A DNA stretch of 63,985 bases, the filler included, from Streblomastix strix (taxonomy: Eukaryota), in the NCBI GenBank assembly GCA_008636045.1. It is 3 parts of 3 records of this genome, joined end to end, with 100 filler letters (N's around TTAATTAATTAA, not from the genome) between each part and the next. Parts side by side here need not be neighbours in the genome. Positions count along the whole stretch, not along the records: positions 21,456 to 42,805 come from SNRW01000376.1; positions 42,906 to 63,985 come from SNRW01000398.1; 1 more part is not named here. One strand, written 5' to 3'. Shown piece by piece: positions 34,801 to 48,926 of this stretch; position 1 is the first letter of the stretch, and each line of letters opens with the position of its first letter. A program made the translations under genes and the position numbers. Below the pieces are notes generated by a model that ran no database searches, was not told the DNA's origin, and saw nothing but the letters and a program-made list of their open reading frames with translations.

Positions 34801-37562
34801 CGAATCTTCTGTTGTTTTTCCACATTCCTTCATAATAAAAACCAAATTGAATAATTTCGCCTGAATCATATGATGTGAGAGTTTATATGTAATTGGCGAG
34901 AATTGATTGTTGTTTCTGTAATGATTGAGATTATGTGGATGAGAATTAGTATTGTGATGATGAAGAAGAAGAAGAACTTGGAGAAGATTAAATTAATGAG
35001 AATGGAGATTATTATTATTGAAATTGATTTGATAGTTATTGTGAATGTATTGGAAATACAAAAGTAGATTAATTAATTTGAGTCGGCGTTTGACGAGGTG
35101 GTGATGGAATTGTTCCAGAAATAGAAAACATTTCCTTAAAATTATCATCTGATTTATCCTTAGAATCAAACCCTCTTATCAAATTTCCCTATTAATTCCC
35201 ACTTCCTATAAAATTTCCATTCATTATTTTCAATTCCCAAATCTCCCAATCTTTTGTGCTCATATCGCCAAACCAACATTTTCCTTCTCCCCATCGCATT
35301 CCTCCTCTGAAACGGCCTTCGTATCGGCCAGATTCATTAAGAAGGGAATTTATATTTATATTTTAATTGGAGTATTAATTTATATTGGATGATGAATTTT
35401 TATTGGAAATTTAGTTTTTATTGGAAGATGAAGGAGATTATGATTATTGTTATCGTTTCTTGCTTGTAATTGTCTGTTTGACTTTAATATCCTTTTTTGC
35501 ACTAACTATATTATTATCATTGCCATTATCATCATCAAATTCATTACCATTCAATTTATATTCATCATCATTATTGCTATCATTATCATTATAATTATTA
35601 TTATTGTTATTCATACCACAATATTTCATACATCCAATACCATGCGGTAGTCCATTGGCCCATTCTCCATCATAACTTCCTTGTTTATTAATTCTGAATT
35701 GATTTGTATTAGAATTAGAATTAGAATTTCCTAATAATAACTGTTGGTTTAGATGTTATTCTTTGATTTATTTTGTAATTTGGGAATTTTGTTGTTTTAT
35801 GTTGTTTGATAATGAAGAAGAAGAAGGTGATGATTATGATGAGAGAATTCTTGCGAAGTTTGAAAGAGAAGAATCTATATTAAAATATTTCAAATATAAA
35901 TAATATAATTATATATAAAAAAATCAGTAATTTAAATATTATAAAAAATAAATAATATTGAAAACTTATAAAATTAAAATAAAACCTTAATTCTCTTTTA
36001 CTATCTTACCAGAAAATATCAGCTTTCCTTTCCCTTAAATTCTGCCAAATACAAATTGACCTCTATTAAATAATATTTAAAGAAAGATTAAGGAGAAAAA
36101 TAAAAAATATAAAGTTTAAGGAGAAAAATTAATAATATAATGAAATAAATAAAAAAAAAGTTAATTATTTAAATATAATGTTTAACCTGAAGTAATCTCC
36201 ATTTACCAATAATAGTTCGCCAAATCCATGTCTTTATTCATTCACAAACGATCCTGATGATTTATACAATAAAATTATGAGCAAAAAATAGTAAAATTAA
36301 TAATTAAAATTTAAATATATAAAAAATAGTCAAAAAAAATAAAATAATTAATTTATTGTGATAAACCAGTGTATATATCTCCATTTGCATAAAGTAATCT
36401 ACCACTTCCATTGGCTCTTCTAAATTTAATAATATTGAATATTGAATAAAACAAAAGAAATTAAAGAAAAACAATTTAAATCAAAAAAATTTGTTAATAA
36501 TAATAATTATTATTTTTGCTCTATTTAATATAAAAATTCAATTATTTAATTATAATGTAAATAAAATTCAATAAATTATTATTAATTCAATCTTTCAATT
36601 ATAAATTATACTTATTATGCTCCCATTCACCATCAAATATGTCACCTTCTGAATAAACAGCAACTCCTTTTCCATGAATTTCATCACGAACCCATTGACC
36701 TATAATAATAAATATAAATAATAATGCCCATAATATTTATATAATAAATAATAATGCACATAATATTTATATAATAAATATGAAATGTAATTAATATTAT
36801 AAAATAAATTAATTATTATCGAAATTTATTATTATTATTTATTAATTAATTATAAAAGATTTTTTTTTATTCATTTATTTGTACCTTAATATCTCGATCC
36901 ACTTGTTAGAAACAGTGTACCAGTACCATGTCTTTAATCATAAGCCCATTCTCCTTCATATCTATATTATAATATAATATTATAATATATTAATAATTAA
37001 ATATATTTGATTTAAAAGGAAATGTTAAAATTTGTAAATAAATTCAAAAAAAAAATATTTATTTTAAAATATACCTGTTTCCATTCGCATAATCGCAGAT
37101 CCCACGACCATGTCGCTTATCAGACATCCATCCACCAACATAAACATCTGAAGGAGATTCATAATCAGTTGATAAAAAATTCCCAGCTCCTCCTGCTGGC
37201 GAATTTTTTGGTTGTTGTTTCCCTGCGCTATAATTTTAAAACCGTTGATTTTATCCTGATGAAGAACCAAACTCCCCAGTCGATGTAAACAGCATATAAG
37301 TTGATTATGCATCACGAGATGGAATCAACGAGCTTCCACTTACTCGAGAAAAACTATTGCTATTCTTAGTAAGAGGTGATTCTGGCAACCCACGTTGAGG
37401 AGCAAATGTCTATTTACTAAAGTCGATTCCAGACGAAGGGGCTACTGAACCTAGTGATGATTAAGTACGTCGCTGGCCAACAACACGTTCTCGTAGCTCT
37501 TGCAGCAGTCGAAACGACTCATCAATATTTAGTCCTATTTCCGATTTACTATTATTTGCCAT
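31868..37562 (-). CDS. MORN-repeat protein with low-complexity inserts, multi-exon
   Basis: Repeated YxGxW...GxG units (e.g. YVGGWMSDKRHGRGICDYANG, YKGEWKSGKWDGFGEL); ATG 37562, TGA 31868-31870. Confidence 0.85.
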
Positions 37563-38170
37563 TTTCAAAACCTAATTATTGCAGTGATAAACAAATTAAA
37601 ATTATGATTAAAATTTTATAAATAAAATAAAATAAATACGTAAATATAAATTCAAATATTCAAATTTATAATAATATTATTGACTAATAGATAACGCTGT
37701 TTCTCATTTTAACAAGCCAATATAAATGAATAAAATAAATTTTGACTAATATTAAAATGAAAAATATCTGTTATTGTAGAATAATTTATATAAATATAAA
37801 ATGGAGTTAGAACTAGCAAAAAAATCTATATTAACATAAATTAGCTTGAAATATTGCAATTATCTTGGCAAATATTTTAATTTATAAATATAATTTTAAG
37901 TGGACCTATTAAATATAAATAATATATTATAATTTGTTTTAAATTTATTTTTATTTTTTATTTACGAATTTCTCGAGGTAAGTTATTTATTATTAATATA
38001 TATTTAAAAATTTAAAATTAAATATTCTTAAATTTAAATTAATTTATACTAAATAAATCCATAATACACATTCTGTGCTGCAATTATTTTGTTTTATTTT
38101 TAATTTTTTTATCTTTGCTTTAATAAATATATTAACAATTTAAACTATTTTATTTTAATTTTTCAAGAAT

Positions 38171-39893
38171 ATGAGTATACAAGTTCTCAAGAAAACATCT
38201 GGTATGATAATTTAATGGTGAAAAATTATATTTTTTTGTGTTGATTATTAAAACAATAATAATTATGAATTATATATTATAAAAATTTTTATTGTTTTGT
38301 TTATTTACTTTCATTATAATATCAGAAGCACCAGTTGAAAAACAAGCAAAATCCGATCAGCTAACAGTTCCATTAGATGATAACACATCAGGAATATAGA
38401 CAATATTTGATTCAAAATCAATGAGTGATGAAGAAAAAGAAAAAAATATAAAACAACAATTCAAATTGATACTGATGACTGACAAGTAAGATATCTGGAA
38501 AAAATTCAGCATTGAAATGTTCAAATGTCTCCAAAATTACATCGGAAATTGCAACTCGGGTTTAGAGAAGTCACTTTTGGATTATGTTGCATTCGCTGCT
38601 GAAAAAGGATATGATGAGTCTCACACTCATGACTTATATTGGTCTGTTCGTGAATCTGGCCTTAAAACAAAGCTAGAACAACTGATTAAGCTAAAAGTAG
38701 AGGAAGAAGAAGAATAAGAGAAAAAATAGATTGAAAAGAGACAGTTCTCTGAAACTGTGCAGAAGCTTGTTTGTGCTTATCAATTGTTTATGAATAATAA
38801 TGATACAGAAAGAAATACGAATGAAATTTGCATGAAAGTGCTTCAAAAAGATCTTGAAATAATCCTCTCCAAATTTTAACAGAAAAAAGAAGCCACCTAA
38901 AAAGAGCTTTAATAAGCTGTAATTACAATGCAAACACCCGTCAAAATCAGAGATAAGTATGGTTTTTTTCACTACCAAATAAACAGTGATCTTGTATATG
39001 GAGGAATGATACCACTCTTTCACTTGAACTGTGACCCTCATATTGGTTGTCTGTAATGTATCACTGTCCATTAGCCAGGGACTCAGGAGTTTCATTCTGC
39101 TGTTATGGACAGCATTGGAGAAATTACTCTGAAAGATGTATAAAATAGTCGTTATTTCAGTTCTAATTTTCAACAAAATTTGACCAAAAACCACAAAATT
39201 ATTGATCATCTCAGCTTCCAGATCATCAATTTTGCAAATTCTAATCCTTTACAATCAAAACAGCACAAAGATGCAAATTCAACTCTAGAAAATCCATCTG
39301 TTTCCTATATTGCATCCGTCGTTAAGATGTTATTCAACATCTTAAATTAAAACGAATGGAATTGCTCCACAGCTCAAAACACTCCAAAGTTGCTTGAGTC
39401 AATCGGTAAGCTGGCTTAAATCAAGTTCCTAGAACCAACTATGAATGAAAAGGACATTGATTCTATATGCAGAATCAAATACAACTTCCTGAAATGCATG
39501 AGATAGATATAATAGTTTGGTGATGACAAAACATTAGAAAGACTTACAAACAACTTCTACGCGCACTCGCTTGTTCTTGCAATAGCCTCGTGTGGAGGTT
39601 CTTCGATTTAGAATAACGATGTGATCGAATAGGCAGCATTGAACACAGAGAAATTCTTCACTGAACTCTTCCTTGGCAGAAACAAAGCACATGAATTCTT
39701 TGGTTCGTAGAAATCGCTTGCAAAGATTTCGTTGGAGCAAAGTGAAGAAGAAGGAGGATATGAAGAGGTTGATGCTTGGTTAAAAGTTAAAAATAAGGAT
39801 TTTCAGACGAGAGCCAAATATGCAATTAACGCAATGTCAAATTTCTACGAGTATGGTAAGAGTTATTACGAGCCAGTTGAAGAAGATGATTGA
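38171..39893 (+). CDS. Hypothetical helical-repeat (ARM-like) protein, two exons
   Basis: ATG 38171, intron after 38201, long exon (ORF-track 38517..38717 in frame) ending ...EEEGGYEEVDAW...PVEEDD*. Confidence 0.7.
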
Positions 39894-40142
39894 TAATTGC
39901 CAATTGATTGAAGGTTGTTATTTTGATTAGTTACATTGCTTTTAATCGCTACATATTCAAATTCAACTCTGTCCAAAGAATAAATACAGTCATATTTATT
40001 TATTTGTTTATTTATTTGTAGTGAGCAAAATAAAATATAAAGTTTCATGAACATATTTTGTAAATATTTGTTGGTTTAAACTTCTAACTTGTATTATTAA
40101 ATATATTTTCTTTCAATCTAATTATTCATCATACAATTATAA

Positions 40143-41497
40143 TCATTAATCTTTGACATTTTCATTTGTTTTCTTTCCAATATTTCTAACAAACATAGAC
40201 CTGAAGATTCGAAGAATTGGAATGAAGATGTTTGAATCAATGAATTTTGATGTGAGCCTGTATATAATGGCTAGAAACATATAAATAAAGAAACAAATAA
40301 AGAAAGAAAGAAATAAATAAAAAACAATAATTAAATTTACTATAAAAAATTTATTCATTCTATTATTCATACATAAAATACCAGAGTCTACACATGTGAA
40401 TTTTCCAACAGCAGAAATCGCAAGGTCTGCAACTTTATCTGGATTCTGGTTGATCCATTCTAGATTTAAATAAATAAAACAGTTATAAAAAATAACAATT
40501 ATTTACTGACTAAAATGTATTAAATTGATTATTTTCATACTATTCGCAACATATGGATGTTTTGATGTTGGTAATCTCTCATCTATTCTGGTGTTGACTC
40601 CAGCTGGGTATATTGATACAACATCGACACCAAATACTATATTAAATCAATAAATTAAAGTTAATAGAAATATAATATTTTAAATTAATAGTATTAATAT
40701 TATTAATGTATGGCAAATATTATATATTAAACATTAATATATAACCAGCATCTACATAATAAACAAACCATCAGCCTCCGTAGCCAAACTTCCAGCGAGT
40801 TCACTGAAGTAGCTCTTCGTTGCAGCATAAACAGCCAAACCAGGAGGTTTGATAAACGAAGCAACAGAAGAAGTGAAGAGAATTGCACCTTTTTTACTTC
40901 CATTATTAATATCAATTTTCCTGGATGCCAATTTGGGATATAGAGTCTGAAATAGGTATTGATGTGAAACTGTGTTGATTCTGAATTGAAGCATCGAATC
41001 TTCAGACGGTTCGGAAGCATACTGTTTTAAATACATATACAATATTTATGATGAATGATTGGATGATTAAATAAATAGTATTTAATTAACATACTTCGAA
41101 TACATTAATGCCCGCATTGAAGAACAAGATGCTTATATCTTTACCTTCCAGTTATTTCACAATATAGTTTGTCAATTCTACAGGATCCCCAGATAAGTCA
41201 GCTTTAATGGTCAAAGTCTTGATTTCCGGATTTAAATCCTTTATCTCTTGTTCTATCTTATTTAACCGCTCTTCATTCTATCCAAGAATAGCAATATTAA
41301 ATCTCATTGCTGCTATTTTTTTTTGCAAATTATTCGCCAATTCCTGAGCTGCCCCCCGTGACGAAAGCCCAGCCGCCACCATATCTTCTCTTCAGATCCA
41401 ATGGTTTAGAGAAGTAAATGATGAGTTGGGGAATTATGTAGCCTAGGAAGCTTAATAAGGCAAGAGCTCCGATGACTTGAAGAAAAGTTCCAAACAT
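40143..41497 (-). CDS. SDR family oxidoreductase, very-long-chain 3-oxoacyl-CoA reductase / HSD17B12-like, multi-exon
   Basis: N-terminal TM, WAFVTGGSSGIG, FNAG, catalytic YAATK; TGA 40143-40145. Confidence 0.88.
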
Positions 41498-41691
41498 CTG
41501 AAATTTTATAATTTTAAATAAAAAAATGATTGTTTTCTTCATCGATCAATTCAAAGTTAAATTTTAAATGATGAATATTAAGTGGAAAATTACTCATCAT
41601 TAATAAATTTTAAAAGAATAAATCAATATTTTCCTTGTTGTAAGATTAGAAAAAATTGATTTTTCGGTTTTTCAAATTGTACGATTTTCAA

Positions 41692-42805
41692 ATGGAAAAA
41701 GAATCAGTAAAATCTTCTTCAACAGAAAATTTAAAATAGAAATAAGGAATTATAGCTTGGATTACTAGTGAGATACCGGGTGAGGTGTGTTGCTATTCGG
41801 GATATGTTTTTTGCGTTTATTTGGTGATGCATATATTGTCATTTTATTTATTTGTTATATTTAAATATTCCTAAAATATTTATAATCTTTAAATTTCCAA
41901 TTTTTATTTTTTTCGTTCTACTTACTCGTAAATCACACATTTTATTACAATTTTTTATTTTTTAAATATTCTTCTTCATATTATATACTTATCTAATATT
42001 AATTTTTCAATTTTGTTTAATTTATTATTTTTATTTATAATAGGCAAGCAAATAGATTGGGCAACTTGTGCTGAAGCTCCGACAAGCAGGATTAGATGAA
42101 AGTGAAACTGTAGCGGCATTGCAGTAAATCATCACATATTCCGTTAATTGTATGAGATTATTAAGTATTAATATGTTTTTATTATTTATTTTAAATTATT
42201 TTATAGCTCAAGAGGGCCCTGGTGTTGTACGGGAAAATGGAGCTGTTGAAGTAGTTAGCACGCTTTTGGCTCAGTCGCAAAGTATTAGAGTAAAAGTTTG
42301 CAATATAATTATTATTTGCATTTCATTTATTTATTTAAACTTATTTTTCAATACAGCAATTATGCGGAGCGGTTGTGGGAGTTGTTTTACAACTTAGTGC
42401 ATTGAGTGGAAATGATATTGACTGGACAAGTGTTTGTGCTCCACTTGCTGCGATGCTTTTTGTGTGTCATATTATTTAAATATTCATATTTATTATAAAT
42501 TTATCATTATTATGCCAATTTAGTCAACCGACGAAGGCTTATCCACAACAGGTAAAAATTCACTAACAATCTTAGCAGAAAGAAGTAAAAATGCGATTAG
42601 TGGAGTCATACAAGTTGGTCTTATTAACAGAGCAGCAGAAGCTTTGAATGATAATTCATCATCATCTTCTTCTTCATCATGTTCTTCTAACAACGAAAGT
42701 ACAGATTTCGATTTCCGCTTAATTTCCTTTGATATTCCTTCATTCTTCAGTTTTTCGAGCGAAACTCGAAGTTTTGACGAATTTGAGATCTTTTCTGCAG
42801 CTGTA
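41692..42805 (+). CDS. ARM-like protein, paralogue of the 29171 gene N-terminus; 3'-truncated by contig end
   Basis: AWITSE, LKLRQ, GAVEV, RVK|QLCGAVVGVV with the same first three intron positions as 29171..31500. Confidence 0.75.
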
Positions 42806-42905
42806 NNNNNNNNNNNNNNNNNNNNNNNNNNNNNNNNNNNNNNNNNNNNTTAATTAATTAANNNNNNNNNNNNNNNNNNNNNNNNNNNNNNNNNNNNNNN
42901 NNNNN
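42806..42905. other. Artificial contig linker
   Basis: 100 bp of Ns containing TTAATTAATTAA. Confidence 0.98.
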
Positions 42906-45900
42906 CTTTCAAACCTGGAGATGTCATCAAAGATCGATACACTCTTCTGAGACAAATTGGTGCAGGTACATATGGTGCAATATTCGCAGCATTGTACAGA
43001 GGTAACACAGTGACAAGGCTAGTTGCTATTAAGTTTGAGAAGGATATGCAGAAATACTCACTTTAATACAATGAAGTTTGCGTGATGAAAGCTCTTTCTG
43101 AAAGTTCTCATTTTGCTAAATTCTTTCGATGTGGAACTCACGAAGGATACAAATTTGTGTGCATGGAACTACTTGGCCCATCTCTAATGTATGAATTTGG
43201 CTATTTATTAATCATTTTAACACAAAATAATTAATTATTTTATATAATTTTTTTTATTTAATAGAAAATTAGTTAATCGAAAACGTCCTTATTCTTTGAC
43301 ACTGTTCCAAATGTTGAAATTTGGAGTTTAAGCGATAAAATCTCTTCAAGAACTTCATCAAGCAGGATTTATTCATCGAGATGTCAAACCAGTTTGATTT
43401 TATTAATTTATTTTGTATTTATACTTATAAAATATATTAATTATTTATTTATTGTTTTATTTATTTATTTATTTAAAACAGGAAAACTTTGTTATTGGTA
43501 ATTCTAAGAAGACAGCAGGTACAATATATCTGATTGACTTTGGATTATGCAAAAGACTTTCAATTCGAGATGGGAAGATTGTAAAGGTTATAATCAATAT
43601 ATTATTATATTATATTCAATCATATTCAGTCATATTTATATTTATATTTATATTTATATTTATATTGTATTATATTTATATTTATATTATAATTATAATT
43701 ATAATTGTTTATATTTATATTTATATTTAATTATATTTAATTTTAATTATATTTCATATATACAAAAAAATTAGCCAACTAAACCTGGATCATTTCGAGG
43801 TACATTGAGATATGCATCTCCGAATGGACATAAATTAATTGAACTTGGAAGACATGATGATTTAATTTCACTCTTATATATGATGGTTGAATATTACACT
43901 GGAGAATTACCTTGGAGTCATACTGATATTCCAGTTTATATTTTAATTTTTAAATTTTATCATTATATTTAAATTAAATCATTTATTTATTACATTAATT
44001 AATTATTTTTATTTTATAATTATTTATTTTATTTATTTATTTGTTTTAATTATTTTTTATTTATTTATTTATTTTAATCATTTAATCTATTTATTTATAT
44101 TTAGGATGAAATACTTCAATTGAAAGAACGTTATAAAGGACGTTTATTTTAATAATAAATGCCATTTCAATTCCAAGAATTTGAGAATCACATTTTCTCA
44201 CTTGATTATGAAGATGAACCGAATTATAAGAAATTAATTGGATTAATGTTCTTAATTGGATATAATAATAAATTTGATCTGAATAATTGTCCATTTGAAT
44301 GGGAATCTGAATTAAACCAATAAAGAACAAATATTTAACGAATTCATTAAATGAATCATCATCGATCAAAATCAAATATTTTAATTGGATAAAAAGGATA
44401 AATTATTTCATCTGATAAAGAATAATTGAAATCAATAAACTGTGATCAATCGTAACCTCCAATTCAATTATTGGATAATATAACTATTGAAGATTAATAT
44501 AATTATGAATAAACGAATATTAGTTTATTATAAGAAATATATAAATAAAATATGATAATTCAAAAACAATAACATTAATTAAAACATTAATAATAATTAT
44601 AAAAACAAAAACTACAATAATAATAATAAATTCAATCTTTAAAACCCATCAAGGCACGTAATAAATAATTTAATTAATAATAATATAAAATTCTTTATGA
44701 AATTCCTCCTTTTCGAAATAACTCAAAAATTAAATAATTTGATAAAACCAATAATTAAACATCAATATTAAATAAATAATAGAATGAATAATCAAATACA
44801 AAAGAATAAGATTAAATTCAATAATAAACAAATTAAGATAAGAAAATTGAATTAGATTCAAATATTACTCGTCAATAATAATAAATAAATAAACAATTAT
44901 TTGAAGATAAATAATAATCACTTCAATCTAATAATAATGAATAATCTTAAATTATTGATCCTCATATTAATACTCACACGCCTGAATTCATTAAATAAAT
45001 AAACAATAGAATTTTATTAAATAATAAACAAACTCAATTAAATTAAAATTAAAAATTAACAGAAATTAAATAATTCGATAAATCAAAAGAAATAAAATAA
45101 GATTCGGAATTATAATAATAATAAAATATCAAATAAAATTTACTATAAAAGAAATTTGCAATAGAAAATTTTCCATTAAAACGATCAATTTCTGAAATTT
45201 AATTTTCATCTCTAACATTGAACTAATAATAATAATTAGATAAATAACATAATAATGAAAATGAAATTAAATAAAATAATTAAATCTCCAATGTTTAGAA
45301 AACAATTCCTAAATAATCCTTATTATTAATTAATAAAAGAAATCATTCGCACAGACATTCAATTTCATAATATCAAATAGAAATTAAAGGATCTGATATT
45401 AATAACTATAATAGCAACAGCTTGAAATTTAAATAAGAATTTGAAAATGAAGTAATTTCTCCAAAATCTCGTCTTTTAATTGTTTAAAATGAATAATTTG
45501 AATTTGACGAATAAGAATAAATGAAGAAACCAGCTTTTTTAGATCAATCTTTCACTCTTGAATCTGCTCAATCAAAAATACAAAACTTTTCAAATTATTT
45601 AGGAACAGAATAAACATCATTAATTGGATCATAAAAATCTTCAATAAATTAATCACTCAAATTCTTAGATAGTTTTCATTCTCTTAATAATTTGCTTTAA
45701 TAATAACAACAACAATAATAATAATCATCAAATTCAAATCTAAATCAACATTATAAATCAATTGATTAAATTCAAGAAGTATAATTAAATATAAATAAAG
45801 ATAATAATAATGAAATGAAAAATTCAGAATTTGATTCTGATGAATTAATTTAATAATAATAAATTGATAATAATTAAAATATTGATTAATCAAATTCTTA

Positions 45901-47920
45901 TTCTTATTCTAATTCTAAATCAAACATAACTAATATTCAAAGATCATAATCCAACAATGATATGCAATCCATCAATCAAAATGATTTGAACACAAAAGTT
46001 CTTTCACCTTCTAAAAGACTTATTTTATACGATTCAAACATGCAACCAAAACCAATTGAAGTTAAAATGCGTGAAAGTTTGAATCTGAATAAATAACCAA
46101 GTTCATAAATACAAATATAAACATAAATACGAACAACATCACCACAAGGAAGTTAATAATCTCATATGAGTGTTGAAACTGAAACTAATTCTCCTTTTAG
46201 TACTAAATCTTCTCAGATTAGTTATCTATCTCCATTTTCTATCAATTAACAAGAAATAACTTAATTCAGAAGTCCTTCTCCTTAAACGAATGATAATAAT
46301 ATTAATTCCACTCAAAATAAAGATTATGATTAAGTATAAAGTTTGAATATTGATAATAATTAATAAAAAGAATAAAGTAAAGTATAAATAGATAAAACCC
46401 ATCTAAATTAAGAAGATATCGATAAAACTGTGAAATAAATCATTAATAAACAATAACCAAATTTAAATGAATAAATAAACCAGCATAATTCAATCTAAGA
46501 ATAAACTGCTACCCTGCAGACCCTCTAGATTCATAAATGCCCAATCTTTGCTTATAAAGGTTCTCTCCATCCAATAAAACAACTGAGTAACAACAAGTCA
46601 GCCATTCTTACATCTTCTTATTTTTCCCTGCTGTATGACACATCTCATTCACAAAAGAAGCGAATTCACAATCAGCACAAGTCATATCACTTGTCCTTGT
46701 CACCTCCGACTCTGCCTATTAATTAATAAGGGCTGTCTAGTTAATTAGATAGTAAAGCTAATAAGAGAGATTTCAAATAAGATGGATCTAGTTAATTAGT
46801 TAGTAAAGCTAATAAGAGAGATTTCAAATAAGATGGATCTAGTTAATTAGATAGTAATGCTAATAAGAGAGATTTCAAATAAGATGGATCTAGTTAATTA
46901 GATAGTAAAGCTAATAAGAGAGATTTCAAATAAGATGGATCGAATTAATTAGATAGTAAAGCTAATAAGAGAGATTTCAAATAAGATGGATCGAATTAAT
47001 TAGATAGAAAAGTTGATTAGTAGGACGTGAAATAAGATGGATCTAGTTAATTAGATAGAAAAGTTGATTAGTAGGACGTGAAATAAAATTCTTCTGATTA
47101 ATTAGATAGAAAAGTTAATTAATAGGACGTGAAATAAAATTCATCTGATTAATTAGTTGATTCAGTTAATTAATAAGAAATGAAATTGGATAGTTCGAAT
47201 TAATAAGCAAAAGGTGAATAATTTGATTTGAAACAAGATTCTTCTAATTAACATGTAATTCAAGCTGATTAATTTGATATAAAATAATAATCATCCTCCA
47301 AAGAGGGATAAATTTTGTTTTAAACGACTTTTCTTCAACATTTGGGCATTGAGCCACTTTTAGTTAGTGATGATGAAGAATAAATATCTTATTAGGTTAG
47401 TAAATAAGATTCAAAGACATTAGCTGAAATTTCATAGAAAGTTACAAAAGCTGAATAAATTGAATCTAATATAGATCAATAACAATTATCTAACTCACAT
47501 TTATTATCTTATAATAAAACTGATTCAACTCCTCAATCGTAGTTAGAATTACGAGATAATAATCTTCCAATTTAATAATTATAATCACAATCAAATAAAA
47601 TTTCTGATTCTGGTTAATTTTTAAATTCTAGTTTCATTGATCCAATTAAAATGATAATTGGAACTGATAATATTAATCGCTAGTTGATTACTCGGAAGAT
47701 ATCATCATCTTAATTATCTGAAATACCAGAATAGATGAATACTACTTCATAACTAATTCAATTGAATGAATTTAACAATGAAAATTTGATTAATAATCTA
47801 AATTAGAATGAAAATTTGATTGATTATCTAAATTTGAATGAAAATGGTGTTATTATTTAATAACAAAGAACTATTTAGTAAGATAAGGAAGAAGAAGATG
47901 ATGATGTATAATTTGAGTGA
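42906..47920 (+). CDS. CK1/tau-tubulin-kinase-like protein kinase with long low-complexity tail; 5'-truncated, multi-exon
   Basis: [48 protein letters not shown] 47918-47920. Confidence 0.9.
46725..47200 (+). repeat. Coding minisatellite, 51-bp unit ([17 protein letters not shown]), about 9 copies diverging toward the 3' end
   Basis: aaataagatggatctagttaattagatagtaaagctaataagagagatttc repeated in tandem. Confidence 0.9.
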
Positions 47921-48926
47921 TAAGGATATAAATTTGAAATAGGAAAAACTTCAAATTACATTTCAACATTAAATAATGAGGGTTTAAATTTTAATAATAC
48001 TTCAAATTAATTTATTTGAATTTTTTTAAATAAATTTGATATAATGATAGTTTCACTATTAAATATTTATTTTTTTACGCATTTTTAAATTTTTTTATGA
48101 ATTAAGATAATTTTCACTTTGAGATTTATTTATTTATAACCTAATATTAATCAATATTGTTTTTTTATCATTCTTAATTATCAATATATGCAATTCATTG
48201 TTATCTATTTCATCATTTATTAGCAATTTATATATGCAAATAATTATTTGAGATGTCACAAGTATTTTATATTTCATTTAACAAGTTTTGTAATATTTAA
48301 ATTTTTTTTTTAATTGTCGTATTTTAATTATAATTGTATTTTTGTTGTAATTGTCAAAGTAAAAGCACTCATTAATATTATATTATTATTGTCATTATTT
48401 AATTTTAGATCTTATATCAATAACCATTCTCATTTTTAATTTCAATCTTTGGTATAATAATTCTCTATAGGTCAAAGCAATTTTTATATTTCTATATCAA
48501 ACCACATTATTTCAAACTTCTTATCTATTTATCTTTCAAATTATCAAATTTAACATGTTTCAGTTTCATAATTTTTGCATACATAATTATTTTTAGTATA
48601 TCTTTTTACACTTACTAAATGATAAAATAAAGTTAGAAATAAAATTGATCAATAATTCATCATTTATTTCCAGATATTGACATTATATCAAAATGTAATA
48701 TAAAAAACTTTAATCAATAGATAGTCTTCATCAAAATATTTACAATAACTTTAATTTTCACATGTTATAAGTGGCGTTTAACTAAATAAAGACATAAAAG
48801 TCGAAAACAAACGCCATTTTAATCATTTTTTTTTGTTTAAAAAATTAATTCATACTAATTATTTTATTTCAGTTAAATTCAAATATTTATTTTTAAATTT
48901 TATTTTGTACTTCCAGAGAACAGCAG

